This document shows positions 1 to 7,808 of a stretch of 21,181 bases of DNA, piece by piece. Positions within the stretch are counted from its first letter, which is position 1; the number at the start of each line of letters is the position of its first letter. Source of the stretch: Sedimentisphaerales bacterium (GTDB taxonomy: Bacteria; Planctomycetota; Phycisphaerae; Sedimentisphaerales; SM23-30); contig CAXXMR010000006.1 of NCBI GenBank assembly GCA_963663805.2, forward strand, positions 1 to 21,181, in the 5' to 3' direction. Made by a program: the position numbers and the translations under genes. The notes below the pieces were generated by a model. The model saw only the letters and a program-made list of their open reading frames with translations. It made no database searches and had not been told where the DNA came from.

Positions 1-2
1 AC

Positions 3-752
3 GCAGGCGTCCCCGCCGTCCCCATCACCGCCGGCAACTCACCTAGTGAGACCTTCACCGAGACGGCTAATTTTATCCGAGTCCGCGCCACCTGCGCCAC
101 CGACCAAGACACCACCGCCACCGCGATTCTTTTGGCCGACTCCGCCGCCGCCAGATTATGCACGCTCGACGATGTCAAGCGTCGCCTGGGTATCCTCGAC
201 CTCACCGAACATGATATCCTGATTAACAATATCATCGCCGGTATCGGCGACCTGTTCGATGCCTACACCAACCGCACATTATTAATGGCCGCCACCGACC
301 AGACCGAATATTACACCGGTGCCGGCCAGCGACTCCAGCTGAAGCGTTACCCGATCATTTCAATCACTTCGCTTAAGGTCGCCTATGATTACGACTTCGA
401 TTCTGTCGACAGCTACGCCTTAAACACCGATTACCGTATCGTTAACAACGGTTTAAAAGGTGTTATATCCTGCATCGCCACCACCTTCCCGGACTACGAC
501 GACTGCATCCAGCTCATCTATAACGGCGGCTATTGCGGAGCCGACATCACCCCCGACTCCGGCCAGTACGAATTGCCCTACGACCTGCGTGAAGCCGCCA
601 CCTGTCAGGCAATTTTGACCTTCCAGCGTCGTAACGACCTGGGTATCTCCGGCAACTCATTCGACGGCGGCTCGATCACCAAATTCACCGCCCTTGACTT
701 ACTGCCCCAAACCAAACGCATCCTCGACAGCTACCGGAGGCGTACGCTATGA
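3..752 (+). CDS. Phage head-tail connector/adaptor (HK97 gp6/SPP1 gp15-like), 5' partial, with N-terminal extension
   Basis: Motifs LCTLDDVKRRLGI, FDAYTNR, LPYDLREAA, LLPQTKRILDSYRR; frame is open upstream of the annotated TTG at 132 back to position 3 (AGVPAVPITAG...). Confidence 0.8.
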   Translation, partial: AGVPAVPITAGNSPSETFTETANFIRVRATCATDQDTTATAILLADSAAARLCTLDDVKRRLGILDLTEHDILINNIIAGIGDLFDAYTNRTLLMAATDQTEYYTGAGQRLQLKRYPIISITSLKVAYDYDFDSVDSYALNTDYRIVNNGLKGVISCIATTFPDYDDCIQLIYNGGYCGADITPDSGQYELPYDLREAATCQAILTFQRRNDLGISGNSFDGGSITKFTALDLLPQTKRILDSYRRRTL

Positions 753-1339
753 AGATAATCCTGGACTTTCAAGGCGAGGAAAAAATCCGCGAACTATCCG
801 CCATGGGCGACGCCATCACCGCCGCCACCACCGAAGGCCTGCAGGCCGCCGGCAAGCTCGCCGCCGCCCACGTTCAGGAGAACTTCCTTACCGGTCAATA
901 CCTAAACGTCCGCACCGGGGCGATGCGCCGCACGGTTGACTCCTGGCCCGTCTCACCGACAGAAACCATCGTTGGTGTCCCGGATAATTCCCCGGTCGAT
1001 AAATATAAATATCTGCTCGGCGACGAGACCGTCACCATCAAACCCGTCAAGGGCCGCTACCTGGCCATCCCCATCGGCGAGAACCTCACCGGCTCCGGCG
1101 TCGCCAAGTTCTCATCCCCGCGTGACATGAAGGATGGCTTCTTCCTGTGGGCCGACGACGGCGATTTGTTTTTCGGTCGCCGCAACGGCAAGCGCGGCAA
1201 GTTCCGCCCGTTCTTCGTGCTTAAAACCGAAGTCGTCGTCCAGGGCACCGGTGCCCTCATCGACGGCACTCTGGAAGTCGCCGACGATATGACCGCCGAA
1301 ATATCCGATCGCATCGGCAAAGTCGAAGGAGTTGAATAA
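749..1339 (+). CDS. Putative phage tail completion/virion morphogenesis protein (HK97 gp10/Mu gpG-like)
   Basis: ATGA overlap with upstream gene; VRTGAMRRTV resembles the vdTGxLRrSi motif; N-terminal amphipathic helix; position in neck module. Confidence 0.65.
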   Translation: MKIILDFQGEEKIRELSAMGDAITAATTEGLQAAGKLAAAHVQENFLTGQYLNVRTGAMRRTVDSWPVSPTETIVGVPDNSPVDKYKYLLGDETVTIKPVKGRYLAIPIGENLTGSGVAKFSSPRDMKDGFFLWADDGDLFFGRRNGKRGKFRPFFVLKTEVVVQGTGALIDGTLEVADDMTAEISDRIGKVEGVE

Positions 1340-1800
1340 TGTCGCATGATAATGGTTACATCTCCAAACTCGAAGCCGCCATCGTCGCCGTTCTTGATGA
1401 ACTCACCTGGAACGATTTAAAAATGTTCCGCAACTGCGACCACTGGCAATACCAGATCGCCGCCAGTAAAGGCGGCATCCAGGCCTTCGAGAACCTCGCC
1501 CCGTTCTGTTTCGTCGCCTATGAACCCTTCGCCAACTCGACTCGCGAAGGCGACAGCGACCTCAACGACAAGCTTGGCTTCGTTATCGCGATCGGCCAGA
1601 AAGGCCCCGACGCCCGCATCGGCTCAGAGATTAAACCCGGCAGCCTCACCCTGCGAGCCGCCGTTATCGCTACCCTGGACCAATGGCACCCCGGCGCCGG
1701 TTTCACCTGCGACGAGCTCGAATATTTTGACGACTATATTAATGTCGACGCCGAGCACGGCTACGGCATGATAATAAGATTCACCGCCAACCAACTATAA
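1339..1800 (+). CDS. Putative tail terminator protein (Mu gp37/lambda gpU-like)
   Basis: 153 aa acidic protein immediately before the tail tube gene; TAATG coupling; alpha/beta pattern ending in a beta-strand (YGMIIRFTA). Confidence 0.6.
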   Translation: MSHDNGYISKLEAAIVAVLDELTWNDLKMFRNCDHWQYQIAASKGGIQAFENLAPFCFVAYEPFANSTREGDSDLNDKLGFVIAIGQKGPDARIGSEIKPGSLTLRAAVIATLDQWHPGAGFTCDELEYFDDYINVDAEHGYGMIIRFTANQL

Positions 1801-1802
1801 TG

Positions 1803-1865
1803 GAGACCTCAGAAATCAGAAATCAGCAGACGTTACTGACATCTGACAACTGACCTCTGACAACT
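1803..1865. repeat. Inverted heptamer tandem repeat element (TCAGnnn)n-spacer-(CTGAnnn)n, copy 1
   Basis: gacctcagaaatcagaaatcagcagacgttactgacatctgacaactgacctctgacaact. Confidence 0.85.
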
Positions 1866-1887
1866 TAATTTACGGAGTAAATTAATC

Positions 1888-2800
1888 ATGGCCACTGTCA
1901 ATAATCGAACTAAAAAAGTATTCTCACCCATCCTCAACGGCATCACCGCCGGCGGCACTATCGAGATAGCCCTGCAATACGGTTGGGACCAGACCATCGA
2001 ATCCGCCGCCGATGGCCTGGAGACCCCGCTCCGTGATAAATCCGGCCAGTTCCTGCGCGGCACATTCCAGAGCACCGACTGGTCCCTCATTATCTCGATT
2101 CTGACCGGTACCCTGGACGAACTGGTCTTCTCCGTCCGCGACTCCGGCGTCGACGAAGCCACCGGCTACACCGAACACACCATCGTTAACCCCGTCGTCC
2201 ACAATGTATCCCTCTCAATTCGTAAGGACCAGCACGCCACCATCACTGCCGCCTTCGAATGCCGCTTCGCCTCCGAGACCGCTACCCTGCTGGACGTCTG
2301 GAGTCAGTCCGCCGGCCAGAGTAAACCCGACACCGCCGTCCCCGCCGTAGGCGGCCATCGCATCCTGACAACCACCTTCACCCCCGCCAGCGGCTCGGCG
2401 ATTAATATCTACCACGTCACCGACTTCAATTTCAATCTTGCCCTCCAGCTCAGCCGGGAATGTAACGACGGCGACCTGGGCTATACCTGCGTCGACGCTC
2501 TTTTACGACGGCATGACCGCCGGCGGTTCGATCGGCTTCCAGGACAACGCCCTGGCTACCGGCACGCTCGGCCAGCGGCTCATCCTCGCCAACGCCGGCG
2601 TTCTGGTCCTCTCGGTCAAACAGGGCCAGGGCGACGCCGCCAAGACCGTCACCATCAACGGCGTCGACTGGGGCACCGCCTCCCACACCGCAGCCAACAA
2701 CAATAACTACAACCCCAACTCGCTCGACTTCGGCATCGCCAACGACCCCGACGCTCCCTACACCTTATTAACCGCCCCGAAACTGATAACCATAGCGTAA
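1888..2800 (+). CDS. Major tail (tube) protein with two tandem tube-like domains, split by a +1 frameshift near 2500
   Basis: GGAG RBS; ORF 1888 becomes Arg/Pro-rich nonsense after CVDAL, while the +1 frame (YDGMTAGGSIGFQD...LITIA*, stop at 2800) keeps the local codon bias; located between terminator and tape measure genes. Confidence 0.7.
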
Positions 2801-2861
2801 CAGACAGAGTTCAGACCTCAGACCTCAGAAATCAGCAGACGTTACTGACAACTGACAACTG
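2801..2861. repeat. Inverted heptamer repeat element, copy 2
   Basis: 26 bp core tcagaaatcagcagacgttactgaca is identical at 1816-1841 and 2825-2850. Confidence 0.85.
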
Positions 2862-2882
2862 TTTTTTGCAGAGCAAAAAAAC

Positions 2883-4277
2883 ATGCCAGACAAAGACATC
2901 AACATCCATCTTAAGACCCAGGGCACCGCCCAGACCAAACAGGACCTCGACGGGACCTCACGCAGCATCCGTAAATCTGGCGAGGCCGCTGAAGAAACCA
3001 AAAGCAAATTCGGTAAGCTCGGAGGCGATGTTACCTCCTGGGCCAAAGGTTTGGTCAGCATTACCGCATCTATTGGAGCATTCACCCGTGCCGCATTATC
3101 AGACATGCGCAACATGGAACAGGCCGCTAGCAGTGCCGCTCAGGCCGTCAAACATCAACGAGACCTGATGAGTCTGGGCGACTTCGCGAAACGTCATCCC
3201 AAATTAGATGTCGAGATGGGACAAATAGCCCTCGCTGCCGGACTGCCAGGCGTTGAAGGTCGCATCGAGGCCCAGCAGGCCTACGAGCTGATCGAATCGT
3301 CACGCGGTCAAATGACAGATGCCCAACTCGTTGGAATCATGAACCAGTCCGCAAAATTGCGTCAAACCACCAAGGCCGAAATGAACATCATTGCGCCTCT
3401 TCTCCAGGCTATGCTCAAAGCCGACAAGTCAGCGACGCCCGCTCAGCTCGCAAATCTATTCCAACAAACCAAGACCGAAGCAGGCAGTACTACCCCAGAA
3501 CTATCATCGGTACTTCCCGAACTTTTCCCGCTTGGCGTTACTGGAGGCGTATTGCCCGAAGAAATCTCCGCTATGTATTCCATTGCCTCACGTGACTTTG
3601 GCGCAAATAAGGCAATGACCGGCGTACGCAACATGATGATGATTCTTCGCGGAGGCGAACTCAAACCGGAAGCCCAGGATATTCTTAATAAACGCGGTAT
3701 CAGTTCTGACATGTCAATGACCGAACAGTTGAGCCGCCTGCAGGGCGCGAGTCTGCCGGAACTCAAAACCATTTTTGAGCGAGAAGTTGCCGGTATCGCC
3801 GCCAGCATTACCGGTCAGCTTCCCGCCTATCAGGAATCGCTGGGACGAATTTCTAACGCTTATCGTAACCCAGCCATGGATTTAGTTGGCGACGCGATCA
3901 AAGAAATTTATAAACCCGGTTCCAAACAATATCAGCAAAGACAACTTGACATACTGGAAGCTCAGATCGAACAGTTCAAATATGAGTTTGATGCCCCCAG
4001 AGGTTTAGATCTGCAAATTCAACAAAGAAAAGAGTATCTGAAATATCGCAGCGAAGGCTATCCCCACTGGATGGCCGCCGGTGCCGCCGGTCTCAATAAG
4101 GGAGTCCGGGCCGGCTACGGCATGTTAGAAGGCGCGGTTGATACCATTGGCTATTCCAACCCAGACAACTTCAGCAATAGCCCCTGGGGCCCTATCAATC
4201 ATACCGTTTATAATAACCCGATAATCTATACCGACGGTACCGACCATAACCATCAACCACCGGAGCTGCATCGTTAA
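2883..4277 (+). CDS. Tail tape measure protein (short, 464 aa)
   Basis: N-terminal DINIHLKTQGTAQTKQDL; Ala/Gln/Met-rich helical sequence; AMTGVRNMM resembles the TMP core motif; C-terminal INHTVYNN; position after tail tube gene. Confidence 0.8.
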   Translation: MPDKDINIHLKTQGTAQTKQDLDGTSRSIRKSGEAAEETKSKFGKLGGDVTSWAKGLVSITASIGAFTRAALSDMRNMEQAASSAAQAVKHQRDLMSLGDFAKRHPKLDVEMGQIALAAGLPGVEGRIEAQQAYELIESSRGQMTDAQLVGIMNQSAKLRQTTKAEMNIIAPLLQAMLKADKSATPAQLANLFQQTKTEAGSTTPELSSVLPELFPLGVTGGVLPEEISAMYSIASRDFGANKAMTGVRNMMMILRGGELKPEAQDILNKRGISSDMSMTEQLSRLQGASLPELKTIFEREVAGIAASITGQLPAYQESLGRISNAYRNPAMDLVGDAIKEIYKPGSKQYQQRQLDILEAQIEQFKYEFDAPRGLDLQIQQRKEYLKYRSEGYPHWMAAGAAGLNKGVRAGYGMLEGAVDTIGYSNPDNFSNSPWGPINHTVYNNPIIYTDGTDHNHQPPELHR

Positions 4278-4279
4278 TT

Positions 4280-4669
4280 ATGTCAATCCCCTTAACAGAT
4301 ATTTTCGATAACGAAATTATTGTCAACGTACAAAACTGGCGAGCCCAGCGAAACTACGTAGGTTTCCCCGGCGCCAACGGCCTTCTTTCTACATATCTTG
4401 GCACTCGCGGCTACGTCATTACCGTAACTGGTCGTCTGTGGGCTAGCGGCACTGACTATGAGACAGCCCGCTCCAATCTGCAAACCATTATCGACGAAAT
4501 CAACGAGATCGTCACCTGGTATGATGACGACTACACCCACGCCGGTTGCAACTACGAATCTGTCGTCTGGGATGTTTTCGATCTCGTGCCGATAGGAGAC
4601 AAATTTATCCGCTGGGATGGAGCCAGCTGTCACTGTAACTTTATCGCTCAGGGGAGATCGTTAGTATGA
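4280..4669 (+). CDS. Putative distal tail (Dit-like) protein
   Basis: 129 aa directly after TMP; GTRGYVITVTGRL followed by a helix is a Dit-like pattern. Confidence 0.5.
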   Translation: MSIPLTDIFDNEIIVNVQNWRAQRNYVGFPGANGLLSTYLGTRGYVITVTGRLWASGTDYETARSNLQTIIDEINEIVTWYDDDYTHAGCNYESVVWDVFDLVPIGDKFIRWDGASCHCNFIAQGRSLV

Positions 4670-6795
4670 TCATTAACGACGCAAAGAGCCTAGACCGCAC
4701 CGCCTTATACCTCGTCGTGGAGTACAAGCTTGCTGTTGGCTCACCCCCTAACTATCGCGGCCAATGGCAGGTTCTCCCCGATGCCAAAGTCAATAAAATC
4801 GTAATTAACTTCGGAAATACTCCCAACTCCGTCTCAATTAAACTTCCCGCCTATTACTGGCACGAACTTCTGCCTATTAATTATGGTGCCCGCATCCGCA
4901 TCCGCACCGATTATCCCGGAGTCAGATCTAAATACCAAACCACAATATTCTCAGGATTCGCCACCGGCTACCAGCCTGTATTTAGCGGCGGCACCGCAGA
5001 AGGTGGCGCAATAGACGAGGTACGGTTCTCCGCTCACGACCACCGCTGGTTATTAGGGATAACCTCACCTGTTTTCGGGCAAATTGCCCGCACCGCCGCC
5101 GATTACGTCAATTATGGCACTAGTTCGCAAACTCCTCGACCTGGTTATTATCATCATCTTAGCGGTCGTCGTTGCATCTTTAACGCAGATGGTAAACCTA
5201 ACAGCGACCCTAATTATCTCGAAATTGTAGACGAGGGTGCTATTGTTGGTGAGGTTCCTATTTTTGGCGACACTGAAAACGCAGAATACTGGACCGTAAA
5301 AGATATGGTCCGTTACATCTTATCCCCTTATATTAATTTAGCAAAAATGTACCTTCCGGTAAGTTTGCCGTTCACAAGCCCGGAAACGCTATCCGGTTTA
5401 AGTAATGCCGACTGGAACGCAACACCTCACAACGTCTGCATTGAGGGTCTGAATGCTCTCGAATCGTTGGAAATGGTTGCTCGCAATATCGGCTGGTCAT
5501 TTTATGAATATTATCCGCCCGACCCCGATCCCGGCAAAGAAACTACCTTAGTATTCTTTTCTCGCGGCGGTGGCATCAGCCACAAACTATATGCCCCGCC
5601 CCCAGCTCCGCCCGGTGCCCCTTATGCTGTTAATGATGTTCACAACGCGGTAAGACGCGGCAAGAAAATCCTCTGGGCTGGAAATTTCAGCCAGTCTATT
5701 TTGGATGTTATCAATAACCCCTGGGGCCTCGGTGCCCCCAAACGCTTCGAGTTTACCGCCGAGCTGGTTCCAGCCTGGCTGGACTCTGGTTTTTCCCCCT
5801 CCGCCACCAATACCTTCTTCTCCGAAGCCCAGCTCCAGGAGATGACCGCCCCGGATACCTACGACTATTATAAATACTATCATGTTCGCGGCAGTGCCTT
5901 CCGGCGCGACGTCGGCCGCAAATGGGCCCTGAATGAATCCGGACGCTATACCGATGAAACCACCTACGATCGCGGGACGCCGTTTGATTTTGGCACCGTC
6001 TTACCGGGACTCGACAATGCTCCTTATACCCGCCGACTATTGCCATGTCTGACTCAAGTCGATAACAATTCTGTAGGTATAGTCTGCGAGTTCAGTTTCG
6101 ATTCCGGGACTACCTGGCAGACCATCCCCGCCGTCATCACCAATCTCGACAACGAATGCGGCCTCTGGATCGCCGAGCCCAATCTGGCCGAACTGGTAGA
6201 TTCCGCCAATGGTACCATCTCCGGCGGCCCCCTGGACGGCCAGCCGCTCAATCTCTATACCTCGCTTGCTGATGATAAGCTAAATTCCCGCTCCTTCAAA
6301 AACGGTGCTTGGAAAACTAGAGTACGTATCACCGCCAGTGTACTCACTGACCAGCGTTTAGCTTTGCAGATTCTACCGTCCGGAGTATCAGGTAGTCCAT
6401 TCTATCACAGCACTATCGTTGACCTATCCGATTCTTATCAATACCAGGCCCGTACCCAGTCCAGCGTTTTAAAAAATACCCAGTATAGTTCCGACGACAT
6501 CGACGACACCGCCAAGCTCAGCGACGAATTATTCTCGCTTCGCAGCGAAAAAGAGCCCGCCGGAATCTCTGGCCGCTTTACCCTCGAAAGATTATGGCTC
6601 GGTGATGGCTCCGGCCAGCCCGACTTCCAACCCGGCGATGTCATCTACGGCATCGAAGGCCGTGACATCCGCCTGACCACCTCAATCAGTGGTATTTCCG
6701 TGCATCCCGAAATCGTCCAGATAATTTATAATACCGACGACACCCAAATGATGACTTTAATTACAAAAACCATCCGCACCCAGGAGCTAATTTGA
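4666..6795 (+). CDS. Putative tail tip/baseplate hub (Tal/gpD-like) protein
   Basis: ATGA overlap; TIFSG, FSAHDHRWLL, NALESLEMVARNIGW and C-terminal FQPGDVI resemble hub-protein patterns. Confidence 0.6.
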   Translation: MIINDAKSLDRTALYLVVEYKLAVGSPPNYRGQWQVLPDAKVNKIVINFGNTPNSVSIKLPAYYWHELLPINYGARIRIRTDYPGVRSKYQTTIFSGFATGYQPVFSGGTAEGGAIDEVRFSAHDHRWLLGITSPVFGQIARTAADYVNYGTSSQTPRPGYYHHLSGRRCIFNADGKPNSDPNYLEIVDEGAIVGEVPIFGDTENAEYWTVKDMVRYILSPYINLAKMYLPVSLPFTSPETLSGLSNADWNATPHNVCIEGLNALESLEMVARNIGWSFYEYYPPDPDPGKETTLVFFSRGGGISHKLYAPPPAPPGAPYAVNDVHNAVRRGKKILWAGNFSQSILDVINNPWGLGAPKRFEFTAELVPAWLDSGFSPSATNTFFSEAQLQEMTAPDTYDYYKYYHVRGSAFRRDVGRKWALNESGRYTDETTYDRGTPFDFGTVLPGLDNAPYTRRLLPCLTQVDNNSVGIVCEFSFDSGTTWQTIPAVITNLDNECGLWIAEPNLAELVDSANGTISGGPLDGQPLNLYTSLADDKLNSRSFKNGAWKTRVRITASVLTDQRLALQILPSGVSGSPFYHSTIVDLSDSYQYQARTQSSVLKNTQYSSDDIDDTAKLSDELFSLRSEKEPAGISGRFTLERLWLGDGSGQPDFQPGDVIYGIEGRDIRLTTSISGISVHPEIVQIIYNTDDTQMMTLITKTIRTQELI

Positions 6796-6822
6796 CATGC
6801 CTCAAAAAGTATTTGCCGTTAA

Positions 6823-6849
6823 TAATCCGCGTAATCCGCGTAATCTGCG
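6823..6849. repeat. Nonamer tandem repeat (TAATCCGCG)x3
   Basis: taatccgcg taatccgcg taatctgcg in the intergenic gap. Confidence 0.85.
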
Positions 6850-6869
6850 GTTAGAAGACAAGGTGTAAT

Positions 6870-7343
6870 ATGATTCGTGTAACTGTTAATCTAACAGTCC
6901 CCACCGGCTACCAACCAGGCGATTATGTCAAGCTCTGCTCCAACGGCGGCTCCGGCGATATTGATTACGACAACCCCATAAGCAACTCACCCCTGCCCCT
7001 CTTCCCCGACGGTCGCGGCCTGCTCGGTAAAGGCCACGCCCCCAAAGGCCACTGCCGTAAAGGCCACGCGTTCAGTAATAACGTCCCCGGCAAGGGCCAG
7101 CTTCCCAAGGGCCACTTCCCCAAAGGCCACGGCACCATCGTCATCGAAACCGAAGTCGACATCGACGGCTGCGGCGATTACCTCTTCGCCTTCGCCGCCT
7201 ACGACCCCGCCGGCAACCTCCACGAAGGGACGCCCCAGGAACTGCCCGTATACATCCACCAGGCCCCCAACCCACCCACGAAAGTTAAATTGACAAGTTA
7301 CAATGCAACCACCGACATTTTAGTTTTAGCCGTAACCGCCTAA
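6870..7343 (+). CDS. Hypothetical virion-associated protein, FN3/Ig-like with KGH pentapeptide repeats
   Basis: AAGG RBS; YLFAFAAYDPAGN and PNPPT resemble FN3 signatures; GKGHAPKGHCRKGH...GKGQLPKGHFPKGHG. Confidence 0.6.
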   Translation: MIRVTVNLTVPTGYQPGDYVKLCSNGGSGDIDYDNPISNSPLPLFPDGRGLLGKGHAPKGHCRKGHAFSNNVPGKGQLPKGHFPKGHGTIVIETEVDIDGCGDYLFAFAAYDPAGNLHEGTPQELPVYIHQAPNPPTKVKLTSYNATTDILVLAVTA

Positions 7344-7361
7344 CCGGAAAGGACAAAAACA

Positions 7362-7637
7362 ATGCTTTTTGAATCACTTGACTGCCACAGCACCAGCAAC
7401 ATCAGCGGCGGCCCCACCGCTCCGCCATCTTACGCCGATGATTCTGGGACTATCCCATTATACCAGGGACATAAACAAGAGACTCACTATGTACTCGCTT
7501 GTGATCGTAAGCCGGAAAGGGAGGTCATATTGCGACCTTGCAGCCCTATAATAAACAAAGACCCCAAACCCAAACGCAACGCCCCCTGCCCCTGCGGCTC
7601 CGGCAAAAAATACAAACACTGCTGCAACCTCAACTAA
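7362..7637 (+). CDS. SEC-C metal-binding motif protein
   Basis: GGAAAGGA RBS; C-terminal RNAPCPCGSGKKYKHCC is a canonical SEC-C motif. Confidence 0.8.
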   Translation: MLFESLDCHSTSNISGGPTAPPSYADDSGTIPLYQGHKQETHYVLACDRKPEREVILRPCSPIINKDPKPKRNAPCPCGSGKKYKHCCNLN

Positions 7638-7697
7638 ATAACCCCGCTGCCCCAACAGCGGCCCTGCTCTCCCAAAAGTTCATAGCAAAAATAAAAC

Positions 7698-7766
7698 CGA
7701 CGCGGGCGGATGACTCACGTTGACCGCCTGACCGGTGTCACTAGCACCGGACATTTTATCGCGTCG
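7698..7766 (+). promoter_or_regulatory. Candidate three-way-junction RNA leader of the methylase gene
   Basis: P1 cgacgcg 7698-7704/cgcgtcg 7760-7766; P2 ggcgg 7705-7709/ccgcc 7724-7728; P3 ccggtg 7732-7737/caccgg 7745-7750. Confidence 0.55.
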
Positions 7767-7808
7767 ATTCTTCAAAGTACCAATTGACTCACAGATTCGG
7801 ACCTCACC

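Noticed and set aside
1803..2861. Heptamer repeats as a CRISPR array or DGR template/variable repeat
   Set aside because: No regular repeat-spacer periodicity, no cas or reverse transcriptase gene, no adenine-specific mismatch pattern
2866..3168. 100 aa ORF as a possible tail assembly chaperone
   Set aside because: Out-of-frame overlap with the TMP gene; Pro/Arg/Ser-rich composition typical of a non-coding frame
7698..7766. Three-way junction as a hammerhead ribozyme or tRNA
   Set aside because: Lacks the CUGANGA and GAAA core; no T-loop or cloverleaf
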